From the IMG/VR virus record IMGVR_UViG_3300025018_001843, positions 1-35,353 of that record: DNA of 35,353 bases; one strand, written 5' to 3'. The translations under genes and the position numbers were made by a program. Origin of the DNA: a virus (taxonomy: Duplodnaviria > Caudoviricetes). Positions 1 through 9,058 of this stretch are shown piece by piece. Each line of letters opens with the position of its first letter. The stretch's first letter is position 1. The notes beneath the pieces were generated by a model that was given only the letters and a program-made list of their open reading frames with translations, made no database searches and was not told the origin of the DNA.

Positions 1-136
1 TATCAGAATACTATTACTACACTACAGATTAAGAATATTACAAAGTATTACATAGTTAAGAAAAGCCAGTCTTTTAAGATCCTAGAGTTTATTAAGTTAC
101 TTATATTTAAAAAATGAGCTCATTATCAAGACAACA
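1..136. repeat. Terminal direct repeat, copy 1 (circular assembly overlap)
   Basis: 1-136 is identical to 35218-35353 except A10 vs G35227. ORF 35125..35334 ends in the same ATGA that starts ORF 114, so the reading frames are continuous across the junction. Confidence 0.95.
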
Positions 137-689
137 ATTAGTAAAGTTTGTGAATAACATTGATGTAACAGGTAAATCTGTGCTTGATATTGGCTCAGGT
201 GATTTATCACCTTATAAAGTTACTAAGTGGGTTAAAGGTGTACCTGCAACTTATGAGACTATGGATATAGACACATCACTTGATCCATCAATGATAGCTG
301 ATCTTAATTTAAAAGCTAAAACAAACTTAAAGTTTGACTATGTTTTTTGTCTTGAGGTAATGGAGCACTGTTATAACCCTGTACAGGTTGTTAAAAACTT
401 GCTTATGCTAACTAAAGAGAGGCTTTTTATTTCAACTCCATTTATAAACCCTATTCATGATAATTGGGACTATCTAAGATACACAGATGAGTGGTTTGAG
501 CGAGTAATACCTAGCCTTGCTCCTAGTGTAAAAGATATTAAGATAACACCTAGAGTTGCAACAGAGGGTGCGATAGAGCTTGCCAATTTCTATGCTGAGG
601 AAGGTTTAAGAATGAGCAAGGTCAGATTGCAACAAGGTGACAGTTATAAATTAAACCATATAGGTTATTTTGTGGAGGTCATATTATGA
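114..689 (+). CDS. Class I SAM-dependent methyltransferase (small-molecule/glycan type)
   Basis: Motif I VLDIGSG, acidic DID after strand 2, FDYVFCLEVMEH, STPF..H...DYLRYT. No DPPY/NPPY or PC DNA-MTase motif. Confidence 0.85.
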   Translation: MSSLSRQQLVKFVNNIDVTGKSVLDIGSGDLSPYKVTKWVKGVPATYETMDIDTSLDPSMIADLNLKAKTNLKFDYVFCLEVMEHCYNPVQVVKNLLMLTKERLFISTPFINPIHDNWDYLRYTDEWFERVIPSLAPSVKDIKITPRVATEGAIELANFYAEEGLRMSKVRLQQGDSYKLNHIGYFVEVIL

Positions 690-1534
690 ATATAGGGATA
701 TTAACAATGGAAAAATTCGAGAGGCGTAAAGTTGGATCTGTCGGGTCATCTAGAATTAGAGGTGATTGGATAATTAAGTACTTAAAAGAAGCTGAGGAGT
801 TTTTAATTGGTAAAAATTATGATGCTGTCATATATCAAAAGGCTTACTACAAAGACCACATGAAAGCTTACAACGGCATTAAAATATTTGATTTATGCGA
901 TCCTGACTGGCTAGACTCCAGACCTATTGTAGAGGTAGCTTCTATGGTTGATGCATTTACTGTTTCAACAGACGCATTAAGGGAAGCTTTGATTAAGTTT
1001 GTAGACATACCTGTATATGTAATACCCGACAGGATGGACTTAGATTTTTACAGCAATCCTAAAAAAGAGCACACAGGAAAATCTAAAAGCTGTGTTTACT
1101 TTGGTTACAGCGGTAACGCTCAGGTGGTATTGCCTCAGGCTATAGAAACGCTTAAATACTTTGATTTAGAGCTTACTGTAATATCTGACTCACCTTTGAT
1201 AGAGTCGGGCTTTTATAAAAGTAAGTTTGTCAAATATGATAATGAGACTGTAAATAGTGAGATAATAAAGCATGACTTTGTACTTTTACCCGATGCTCCT
1301 ACATCTAACTATAAATTTAGTTTTAAAAGCAACAACAAAACAGTATCGGCTAGATTACTAAATATGCCAGTTGCAAAGAATGCTGAAGATATTGAAAGGC
1401 TTATGTCTGCTGAGGAGAGGCAAAAAGAGGTCGCAAAATACGGTGAGAGTACTCGAAAAGCTTATGATGTGCAATTATCTGCTATAGATTACTTAGATTT
1501 GATTAAATCCCTACACAGTAGCAAAAAAGCCTAA
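686..1534 (+). CDS. Putative GT-B fold glycosyltransferase-like protein
   Basis: SSRIRG, IYQK, FDLCDPDW, VSTDAL, VIPD, YFGYSGN and KSNNK motifs resemble GT4-related proteins of glycan loci; ATGA-coupled to the methyltransferase. Confidence 0.65.
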   Translation: MNIGILTMEKFERRKVGSVGSSRIRGDWIIKYLKEAEEFLIGKNYDAVIYQKAYYKDHMKAYNGIKIFDLCDPDWLDSRPIVEVASMVDAFTVSTDALREALIKFVDIPVYVIPDRMDLDFYSNPKKEHTGKSKSCVYFGYSGNAQVVLPQAIETLKYFDLELTVISDSPLIESGFYKSKFVKYDNETVNSEIIKHDFVLLPDAPTSNYKFSFKSNNKTVSARLLNMPVAKNAEDIERLMSAEERQKEVAKYGESTRKAYDVQLSAIDYLDLIKSLHSSKKA

Positions 1535-1545
1535 TTACTATGACA

Positions 1546-1654
1546 AGTAGGGGTCTCCCCTACTCTACTGGCTTAATTTAGTGAGGTGGGGTTATTTGGC
1601 GTAACTACGCCATTGTTTAAAAAATAGGGGTATATACCCTTCGGAGTAGGGGAG
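1546..1654. repeat. Cluster of inverted repeats/palindromes in the intergenic region before the packaging module
   Basis: AGTAGGGG-tct-CCCCTACT (1546-1564), TGGCGTA-ac-TACGCCA (1597-1612), GGGTATATACCC (1628-1639), and CTCCCCTACTC (1555-1565) complementary to GAGTAGGGGAG (1644-1654). Confidence 0.85.
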
Positions 1655-1658
1655 TGTA

Positions 1659-1670
1659 TAGTGATATAGT
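1659..1670 (+). promoter_or_regulatory. Putative late-class extended -10 promoter (TAGTG-a-TATAGT)
   Basis: Same TAGTG-N-hexamer motif as at 12378, 18842 and 21380; lies before the first gene of the packaging region. Confidence 0.55.
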
Positions 1671-1682
1671 AAGGATATACTT

Positions 1683-1832
1683 ATGAGTAACAAATTATTT
1701 ATATTTTGGATAGTGGTGATCGGTATAGACATATTTCTAGTTATACAGATCCTCACAGGTCACTTCGCAGATTACATTTGGTTGTTCGGACTGAAGTGGC
1801 TGGCTACTGTCTATGTGTTATTTAAAAAATGA
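1683..1832 (+). CDS. Small membrane protein (49 aa; not in ORF track)
   Basis: MSNKLFIFWIVVIGIDIFLVIQILTGHFADYIWLFGLKWLATVYVLFKK: two hydrophobic segments, a promoter upstream, and an ATGA overlap with the next ORF. Confidence 0.65.
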   Translation: MSNKLFIFWIVVIGIDIFLVIQILTGHFADYIWLFGLKWLATVYVLFKK

Positions 1833-2092
1833 CTTATGAAGAGTGGCTTAGTGCTCCAAAGCTTGTTACTAACAGAAGGTGCGAGGGTTGTTATAATAAC
1901 CTTGCAATAATTACAAAGTTTACAGAGGACTTATGTCCTAAATGCTATTATGAAAGATACAGATACAAACTCGAACGCCAAAGTTTACCGAAATATCTCG
2001 GAACTTCACAATTGGGACAAAAACCCGAGAGGGATAAAGCAGGAGGACTTCGAGAGACTAAAGAGACAGATACAGAAGCTGGGTCAATATAA
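1829..2092 (+). CDS. Hypothetical zinc-ribbon protein
   Basis: CEGC...CPKC pair and ATGA coupling to the upstream gene; its 3' half overlaps ORF 1950 by 143 nt. Confidence 0.5.
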   Translation: MTYEEWLSAPKLVTNRRCEGCYNNLAIITKFTEDLCPKCYYERYRYKLERQSLPKYLGTSQLGQKPERDKAGGLRETKETDTEAGSI

Positions 2093-3152
2093 ACCTGTTA
2101 TATGTACTCCCGAAGGTAAGGTGCTCGGTGGAAATATGAGAATTAGGGCATACAGGGAGCTTGGTATTTCTGAAGTTTGGGTTTCTATTGTTAACCCTAA
2201 GACCGAAGCTGAAGAGGTTGAGTATGCTTTATCTGACAATGATAAGGCTGGCTACTATGAAGAGGACGCACTAGCTGAGTTACTTACTAAAAATCAATTA
2301 GACCTACCCTTAGAAGATTATAAGCTGGACTTGGGCGAGGGTTTAGATATAAATATATTCCTTTCAAGGTTTGCTCCCGATGACATGGAGGAGGATGAAA
2401 CTCCCGAAGTTGATGAAAATAACACTGAGTCAGTACTTGGTGAGGTTTACCAGCTGGGTCGACACAGGGTTATGTGTGGTGATGCTACAAACCCTGAGCA
2501 TGTTAAAACACTAATGGGTGATGTAAAAGCCGACATGGTATTTACAGATCCTCCCTATAATGTTGATTACACAGGAAAGACTAAGGACGCTTTAAAAATA
2601 GACAATGACAAGTTTGAGGATGACACAGCATTTTATAACTTTTTATTTGCATCATTTCAAAATATGGCAAGGCATCTCAAAACAGGTGGTGTAGCTTACA
2701 TCTGTCACGCTGATAGCGAGGGTTTAAACTTTAGAAAAGCTTTTCAAGAGGCTGGGTTTGATTTAAAGCAATGTATTATTTGGAATAAAGATATATTGGT
2801 TATGGGAAGGCAAGATTACCATTGGAAGCATGAGCCTATTTTATATGGCTGGTTAGCTGGTGGTGCTCATAAGTGGTATGGAAACAGAAAGCAAACAACT
2901 GTGTGGGATGTTTCGAGACCTACTGTGTCAAAAGACCATCCAACTATGAAGCCTATTAGGTTAATAGCGAGGTCTTTATCTAACAGCACAAAAGGTGATG
3001 ATGTAGTATTGGATTTATTTGGTGGGTCGGGGTCTACCCTTATAGCCTGCGAGCAAATGAAACGCACTTGTTTTACTATGGAGCTTGATCCAAAATACTG
3101 TGATGTGATCCGTAAAAGATACACTAACTTTTTAAGTAATAAAGGGGAATAA
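1950..3152 (+). CDS. ParB-like N-terminal domain fused to beta-class N6A/N4C DNA methyltransferase
   Basis: N-terminal NPR...GGNMRIRA...DN ParB-like signature; C-terminal VFTDPPY catalytic motif, HPTMKP, and SAM motif VLDLFGGSGST. Confidence 0.9.
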   Translation: MKDTDTNSNAKVYRNISELHNWDKNPRGIKQEDFERLKRQIQKLGQYKPVICTPEGKVLGGNMRIRAYRELGISEVWVSIVNPKTEAEEVEYALSDNDKAGYYEEDALAELLTKNQLDLPLEDYKLDLGEGLDINIFLSRFAPDDMEEDETPEVDENNTESVLGEVYQLGRHRVMCGDATNPEHVKTLMGDVKADMVFTDPPYNVDYTGKTKDALKIDNDKFEDDTAFYNFLFASFQNMARHLKTGGVAYICHADSEGLNFRKAFQEAGFDLKQCIIWNKDILVMGRQDYHWKHEPILYGWLAGGAHKWYGNRKQTTVWDVSRPTVSKDHPTMKPIRLIARSLSNSTKGDDVVLDLFGGSGSTLIACEQMKRTCFTMELDPKYCDVIRKRYTNFLSNKGE

Positions 3153-3163
3153 GGGGGATTACA

Positions 3164-3673
3164 ATGCCAAGATACTCAAAGGAAAAAATCAGGTCAATAG
3201 ACGCACAGATTAGGTCTGCTATTGTTAGAAACCCTGCGGTTTCAGGTATGGATATTGCTGAGGCTATGAATATGGATAAGGACTTCATCTATAAAAGGAT
3301 GAAAAAAATCCAAATCCGAATGGAAAAAGAAACTGACAGGGCTACTTTGCAGAAGTTTCTGACCGACTTTGTAAACAAAGGCAATGAGGTGGTACTAGAG
3401 ATGTGGAAAATAATCCAGAGCAAGGATACCAAAGCACATGAAAAAATAAATGCAGCGAGAACCATCATTGTTACTCAAAAAGAAGTTTTTGATAAGCTAT
3501 TCGATGCAGGCATATTTACCAGAAACTTAGGTGAGATAACACAAAAGGGCGGATTAGCTGAGGAGACACTAAACCAGTTTTTATCTACTTATCACAACAC
3601 TAAGGCACTCCCTGAAGTTAAAGAGGTGCAGGATAAAGATCAAAAACCTGCAAAAAGTGAAGAGAAACAGTAA
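3164..3673 (+). CDS. terS: Probable terminase small subunit
   Basis: N-terminal HTH-like segment (SGMDIAEAMNMDKDFIYKRM), helical, immediately upstream of TerL. Confidence 0.6.
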   Translation: MPRYSKEKIRSIDAQIRSAIVRNPAVSGMDIAEAMNMDKDFIYKRMKKIQIRMEKETDRATLQKFLTDFVNKGNEVVLEMWKIIQSKDTKAHEKINAARTIIVTQKEVFDKLFDAGIFTRNLGEITQKGGLAEETLNQFLSTYHNTKALPEVKEVQDKDQKPAKSEEKQ

Positions 3674-3682
3674 AATATAGGT

Positions 3683-5254
3683 ATGACAAACCTATTATTT
3701 AAAGGCGAGGGGTCACTCCCTGCTATATATGCTTTAAGAGACTGGTTTTTTGTAAAATACTTTAGTAAGAATACTGAGGGGTTTAAAGGCTACCTTATAC
3801 CTGCACAAAAAGAAGTCTCAAACAATATAATACACGCTGTAGTCAGTCCTCCTAAGGGTAAGTCTGCTGAAGAGATATTTATAGAATTTTCAAGGCAATC
3901 GGGTAAAACTACTGTAACTGTACTTACAATGTGCTTTTTGATGGTCTATTTTAAGGATATTACAGGCAGAAGGCTTAGAGCTGGTATATTTGCTCCGCAA
4001 AAGGAGCAGGCTAAAACGGACTTTGACAGGCTTAAAGAGGCTCTAGTAGTTGTTAAGTTTGACTATGGTCTAGAGTTTGATGAGTATAACGCTAATACCA
4101 TAACGCTAAGCTCTACAACTAGATCGGCAGAGGACAAAGTTATTGCTCAGTGTGTTGTATTTCCTATTACAGAAACATCCAATCCTGAATCAAAGACGCT
4201 GGATATATTAATATTTGAGGAGGCTCACCTACTTACAGGAAAGCGAGAGCGTAAAATGAAGACCTCTGTATTTCCTATGGGTGCTTCTACCAATGCTCCA
4301 AGAATATTTATTGGTACTGCAGGCACTCAGATTTGCTATTTTTATAACGGCTTAAATGATCCTGCTAAGAGGAGTTATGAGTACCCTTATGAGCTTATTA
4401 TTAAACAACGCCGAGAGTTATATGAGCTTACAGGCGATGAGGAGTTGTTAAAGTATGAAAGCTTTGTGGTTGGAGAGAAGGAGCGACTCGGAGAAGATAG
4501 TGATGAGTTTAAGGCTCCCTACAGACTGCTTTGGATACTTGGTACAGGTCAGTTTATTACCAAAGCTAAAATGGAGGCTCTTATGGATCCCGAAGTATCT
4601 CTTATTAACAGTGAGCGTAAAAGCTGGCACTATGTGGGTATTGATACAGCTAAACATCCTGACTCTACTGTAGCAACAGTACTTAGATGGAATGAAAAGA
4701 GGAAGCTAAAGGAGTTACTATTTTGGTTACAGATCAGGGGTGAAAACTACCAAGACCAGTTTTATATGCTAGAGCAGTTAATACTCGGAGTACAGCGAGA
4801 TGAGAAAAAACAAATAATAAGAGATAATAATAGCTACATTAAATATTCGGGTGGTTTTAAGGTTAGGGCAATAGCCATTGACTCAACAGGACAAGGTGAT
4901 TTTATGCCTGATATGTTTGAGCGTAATACAGAGTTTGATTGCGAAGAGAATGGATTACACAGGATCCGCTTTAGCCTGCCCGAAAAGGATAAGATGTATA
5001 AAACCCTCAAGGTGCAGATAGATAATAAATTGACCAGACTTCCTAAGAGTGCGATACTTGAAAGTAGTAGGGAGTATCAGGAATTTTTAAAACAGGTAAT
5101 AGCACTACAAAGAGAGTACAAGGGTGGTTTGTTATCGGTACATCATCCCGATGATCCGAATGCACATGATGACTATCCTGACAGCTGGGCTCTAGCGGAG
5201 TATGCTTTTGCTAAGGAACAGGAAAAACCTGAACCCGAAATAAACATTATTTAA
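3683..5254 (+). CDS. terL: Terminase large subunit
   Basis: Walker A SRQSGKT, Walker B LIFEEAH, coupling motif IGTA, RNase H-like GIDTA, IDSTG and HDDYPDS. Confidence 0.93.
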   Translation: MTNLLFKGEGSLPAIYALRDWFFVKYFSKNTEGFKGYLIPAQKEVSNNIIHAVVSPPKGKSAEEIFIEFSRQSGKTTVTVLTMCFLMVYFKDITGRRLRAGIFAPQKEQAKTDFDRLKEALVVVKFDYGLEFDEYNANTITLSSTTRSAEDKVIAQCVVFPITETSNPESKTLDILIFEEAHLLTGKRERKMKTSVFPMGASTNAPRIFIGTAGTQICYFYNGLNDPAKRSYEYPYELIIKQRRELYELTGDEELLKYESFVVGEKERLGEDSDEFKAPYRLLWILGTGQFITKAKMEALMDPEVSLINSERKSWHYVGIDTAKHPDSTVATVLRWNEKRKLKELLFWLQIRGENYQDQFYMLEQLILGVQRDEKKQIIRDNNSYIKYSGGFKVRAIAIDSTGQGDFMPDMFERNTEFDCEENGLHRIRFSLPEKDKMYKTLKVQIDNKLTRLPKSAILESSREYQEFLKQVIALQREYKGGLLSVHHPDDPNAHDDYPDSWALAEYAFAKEQEKPEPEINII

Positions 5255-5259
5255 AAAAT

Positions 5260-8214
5260 ATGAGCTTAATAGATAACATCGCAAACATCTTCGGTTTAAA
5301 CCAGGAAGAAGCAAAGTCATCGGATATAGGAAAAGACATCGAGAAAAAACTAAGCAATAAAGCTCCTATATACAGACCTGACTTTATTATTGATATGCCT
5401 GAACCTCCTGCAAGGAAATCTTCTGACTATCTAGATGCCTATAAACACTATGTTATGAGGTGTGTGTCTGCCAGGTCTCGAGAGGTTGGTAATATAAAGC
5501 TTCATCTATACCGCAGGAAAGGTACTGATTGGACTGAGGTTACAGAACACGCCTTATTAAACCTTATCGCAAAACCTAATGAGTACTCAACTCAATCAAT
5601 GTTTTTTGAAAATATACAGGCTTACAAGGATTTATCAGGGGAGGCTTTCTTTTGGGTACTACCTGATGACAATACAGGATCCCCTACTGAAATGTGGTCT
5701 CTTAGACCTGACTGGGTAGACATAAAAGTAGGTAAAGAGAAAATGATTGACAGCGTAATATTTAGGCAAGGTGGGTCGGGTAATCCTGATCACCATATTA
5801 GAATACCTTTTGAGGATATTTTATATTTTAAAACATTTAATCCAACTAACCCTTACAGAGGCTTATCCCTAGTAAAGGCTGGTGCCTCCGAGATAGACTC
5901 TTATGACTTTGCAACTGACTTTAATAGAAGGTTTTTTTATAATTCAGCTAGACCTAGCGGTATATTAACTACTGAAACAAACCTTAAAGAAGATACACGC
6001 CGAAGGCTTGAGGAACAGTGGACTAACAAATATCAAGGTAGAGAGAACGCTTTTAAGACTGCTATTTTAGAGGGCGGTTTAAAGTGGCAAGATATGACGC
6101 ACAATCAAAAGGATATGGATTTTGCTACCCTAAAAACAATGAGTAGGGATGATATCCTTTCTATATTTCAAGTACCTAAGACCATTATCGGTATTACGGA
6201 TGATGTAAACAGGGCAAATGCAAAAGAAGCTCGAGCAGTATTTCAAGAGTTTGTTATAGATCCTTTGATGAGGGACATAGTTAGCTTTTTAAATATGTTT
6301 TTAGTGCTTAAGTTTGGTGATGATTTATTTTTAGATTATGAGCCTCCATACCCAGCTGACACAGCACAGAACCTGAGATATTATGAGTCAGGTATTCAAA
6401 ATCACTGGCTATCTGTAAATGAGGTAAGGGAAAAAGAAGGTCTTGATCCTATAGAAGATGACCGAGCCGAGAGTCCTTTGATACCATTTAACTTAATCCC
6501 AATAGACTCAAGCTATGATGAAAACCCTGAGGATCCAGCAGATGATAGTAGTGGCGATACTACTAGCGATAGTACTGATGATGAGAAATCTATGATTAAA
6601 AGAAAAATGCACTTAACACCTCCTCCTAGACCAATAAAAGAGGCTATAACTGAAAAAATAAAAAAGAGGGTTATAGATAGTCTTAGTACAAAGGATAAAG
6701 ATACTATGAAGGCTGTACTAAAAACTATGACTAAGATCCCTGACTTTGACCTTAGTACCGAAGAGGCACAAGACAGCTTTGCGAAAGCAGTTGAGGAGAC
6801 TAAAAAAGAGGTAAAAAAAAAGTATAAAATAGCTGGTTTTGAGTATAATGGTGAGTTTAAAGAAGCTTACTGGAAGCAGTTTATAGAGCGACAATCCCCT
6901 TATGAGAGGCTTTTTAAATACAAATTACGCCGTTTATTTGTTAAACAGGAGGCTGAAGTACTATCCAGATTAAAGAAAAGCGACACAGGTAAGTCTAATA
7001 CTAAAGGGGTGGGCGACATTATATTTGATAGTGAGACCGAAAGTAAGCTGTTTGCGGACATACTTGTACCTATATTACAGGACTTAATAAAAGAAACTGG
7101 TAAGTCTACAATGGACTTTTTAGGTGTAGACAGAGACTTTACTGAAAATATACAGAGGGTTGTAAACTATTTAGAAGGTAGCGGTGGTACTTTTATCAGG
7201 TCTATAAATGATGAAACCAAGAAGCAGATTATTAGGGAGCTTACTGTAGGTGAGCGACTTGGCGAAGGGTCAGATGCATTAGCCGACAGGGTTAGAAAGG
7301 TGTACAAAGAGGCTACTCAGTATCGAGCAGAGCGAATAGCTAGAACAGAGACTATAAGGGCTTCTAATTTTGCAACTGAGGAGGCTTACAAACAGTCAAA
7401 TGTAGTTGTTAAAAAGGAATGGCTAACCTCTAGAGATGAGCGAGTTTGCGAGTGGTGTGCTCCGCAGGATGGTAAAATAATTGATCTCGATGATGACTAT
7501 TATAAAAGCGGTAGCTCTTACAAGGGTCTAAACGGAGGTATTTTAAAATTTGGTGCATGGGATGTTAACGCTCCTCCCCTACATCCTAACTGTAGATGTA
7601 CACTACTCCCTGTTACAACAGATGATGAGCAGACTCCTAGTAGCTTTAAAAACTCTCAGAGAGTATATGATGCCTTTGACTTTGATGGTTTGTCAGGAGT
7701 AACTCAGGATGAGCGTAATACTAAAGCAGGTGAGGTATTTACCAGAAATATAGACTGGGCTGGTGGTATGATCGATGAGTTTAACTGGGAAGTCAGATTA
7801 TTAAACCTAAAAGATGATGTTGTAGTACACTCATGGCAGGACGGGGCTTCAGTAGATCGCTATGTACAGGATATGAAGAATGGAGCAAAATTCCCTCCAA
7901 TGCTCGCTATAAGGGACACTGTCGAGGAGGGTAAATATACTATATTAGATGGGGCTCATAGAACGGAGGCTTTAGGAAAGCTGGGTGCTGAGAATATATA
8001 CTTAGTAGCAACAGATCCTACAAAAATGAAAAACAATAAAAGTGCTATACAAAACACTAAGGACTCTGATACCCTAGTTAAAAGCGAGTTTATACCTGCT
8101 AGAGCAAGACAGCTTATAGAGGATGCGAGAATGGATCCTGAGGTTGCAAACTTCCGAGCTTGTTTAGAATTTTATATAAAATTCTTTAACTTAGAAGTAA
8201 CCATACCTAACTAG
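5260..8214 (+). CDS. Portal protein (HK97 family) fused to MuF/SPP1 gp7-like minor head domain and a C-terminal ParB/Srx-like domain
   Basis: Portal motifs FFYNSARPSG, ILEGGLKWQ, FQVP, LSVNEVRE; acidic linker; MuF motifs RAERIARTE, KEWLTSRDERVC..C, PPLHPNCRC (7573-7599); then FPPMLA...ILDGAHRTEA. Confidence 0.88.
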   Translation: MSLIDNIANIFGLNQEEAKSSDIGKDIEKKLSNKAPIYRPDFIIDMPEPPARKSSDYLDAYKHYVMRCVSARSREVGNIKLHLYRRKGTDWTEVTEHALLNLIAKPNEYSTQSMFFENIQAYKDLSGEAFFWVLPDDNTGSPTEMWSLRPDWVDIKVGKEKMIDSVIFRQGGSGNPDHHIRIPFEDILYFKTFNPTNPYRGLSLVKAGASEIDSYDFATDFNRRFFYNSARPSGILTTETNLKEDTRRRLEEQWTNKYQGRENAFKTAILEGGLKWQDMTHNQKDMDFATLKTMSRDDILSIFQVPKTIIGITDDVNRANAKEARAVFQEFVIDPLMRDIVSFLNMFLVLKFGDDLFLDYEPPYPADTAQNLRYYESGIQNHWLSVNEVREKEGLDPIEDDRAESPLIPFNLIPIDSSYDENPEDPADDSSGDTTSDSTDDEKSMIKRKMHLTPPPRPIKEAITEKIKKRVIDSLSTKDKDTMKAVLKTMTKIPDFDLSTEEAQDSFAKAVEETKKEVKKKYKIAGFEYNGEFKEAYWKQFIERQSPYERLFKYKLRRLFVKQEAEVLSRLKKSDTGKSNTKGVGDIIFDSETESKLFADILVPILQDLIKETGKSTMDFLGVDRDFTENIQRVVNYLEGSGGTFIRSINDETKKQIIRELTVGERLGEGSDALADRVRKVYKEATQYRAERIARTETIRASNFATEEAYKQSNVVVKKEWLTSRDERVCEWCAPQDGKIIDLDDDYYKSGSSYKGLNGGILKFGAWDVNAPPLHPNCRCTLLPVTTDDEQTPSSFKNSQRVYDAFDFDGLSGVTQDERNTKAGEVFTRNIDWAGGMIDEFNWEVRLLNLKDDVVVHSWQDGASVDRYVQDMKNGAKFPPMLAIRDTVEEGKYTILDGAHRTEALGKLGAENIYLVATDPTKMKNNKSAIQNTKDSDTLVKSEFIPARARQLIEDARMDPEVANFRACLEFYIKFFNLEVTIPN

Positions 8215-8266
8215 TTATTTGTGTAATTGCCTAGTTGGTGTCATAATAAATTTATACTTTAAAACT

Positions 8267-9058
8267 ATGGCTAAAAAAATGAAAAGATACATAAAAGGAT
8301 ATGTCGAAAAAGCTCAGGACGGCGAGCTTCAAGTTTCCATTGCTTCTACAAGCACAACTGACCGAGACGGAGATATAATCAAAGTTGAGGGGTGGGATCT
8401 TAAAAACTTCAAAAAGAACCCTGTAATGCTTTGGGGACACAATCCATACTCACCAGCTATAGGAACAATCAAAGACATAAAAATAGATGGCGACAAGCTA
8501 ACTTTCATCCCTGTATTTGATATGGATGATGAGTTTGCAAGGCTTTTATATAAAAAATATGAGAAAAATATATTAAATACTTTTAGTGTAGGTTTTAAAG
8601 CAGTTGAGTATGTACAGGGTGACAATGGTTATATTTTTAGCAAACAAGAGTTACTTGAAATATCAGCTGTAAATGTACCTGCAAACCCTGACGCTAGAGT
8701 TATGAGAGAGATGTCAGATGTATATGCTTTAGCTAAAAGCAAAGGCTACAAAGTAGATGAGGAAGCTACTGCTTTAATAGATAAATTTTATAAAAAACCT
8801 AAGGCTAAAAAAGAAGATGAACAGGCTAAAATTGACAAGCTACAAAAGGATGTCGATGACTTGACCAATCAATTTAAAAACTTTACTCCCGTCGGGAACT
8901 CCGCAGTGGGTAATAGGGGGGACAGTAATCCTTCCAAAAAACCAATTAGTGCTCTTAATAGGCGAACGGATGCCGAAGTCCTAAGGGATTCACTCATCCT
9001 TGTAGATAAAGCGATTGAGATTGCACTAAAAAATCTAAAAAAAGGGGGTGACAAATAA
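8267..9058 (+). CDS. HK97-family prohead (maturation) protease
   Basis: DRDGD, LWGHN, FSVGF, LLEISAVNVPANP. ATG 8267 is a more plausible start than TTG 8219. Confidence 0.92.
   Translation: MAKKMKRYIKGYVEKAQDGELQVSIASTSTTDRDGDIIKVEGWDLKNFKKNPVMLWGHNPYSPAIGTIKDIKIDGDKLTFIPVFDMDDEFARLLYKKYEKNILNTFSVGFKAVEYVQGDNGYIFSKQELLEISAVNVPANPDARVMREMSDVYALAKSKGYKVDEEATALIDKFYKKPKAKKEDEQAKIDKLQKDVDDLTNQFKNFTPVGNSAVGNRGDSNPSKKPISALNRRTDAEVLRDSLILVDKAIEIALKNLKKGGDK

Noticed and set aside
1-136. Biological direct terminal repeats
   Set aside because: The repeat cuts through the middle of a coupled operon and looks like an assembly overlap; real termini cannot be inferred from it.
8219-8266. Upstream extensions of track ORFs (8219, 13388, 16451, 20072, 23601, 27149, 30577, 30791)
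   Set aside because: They run through promoters, terminators or upstream genes; downstream ATGs fit better.
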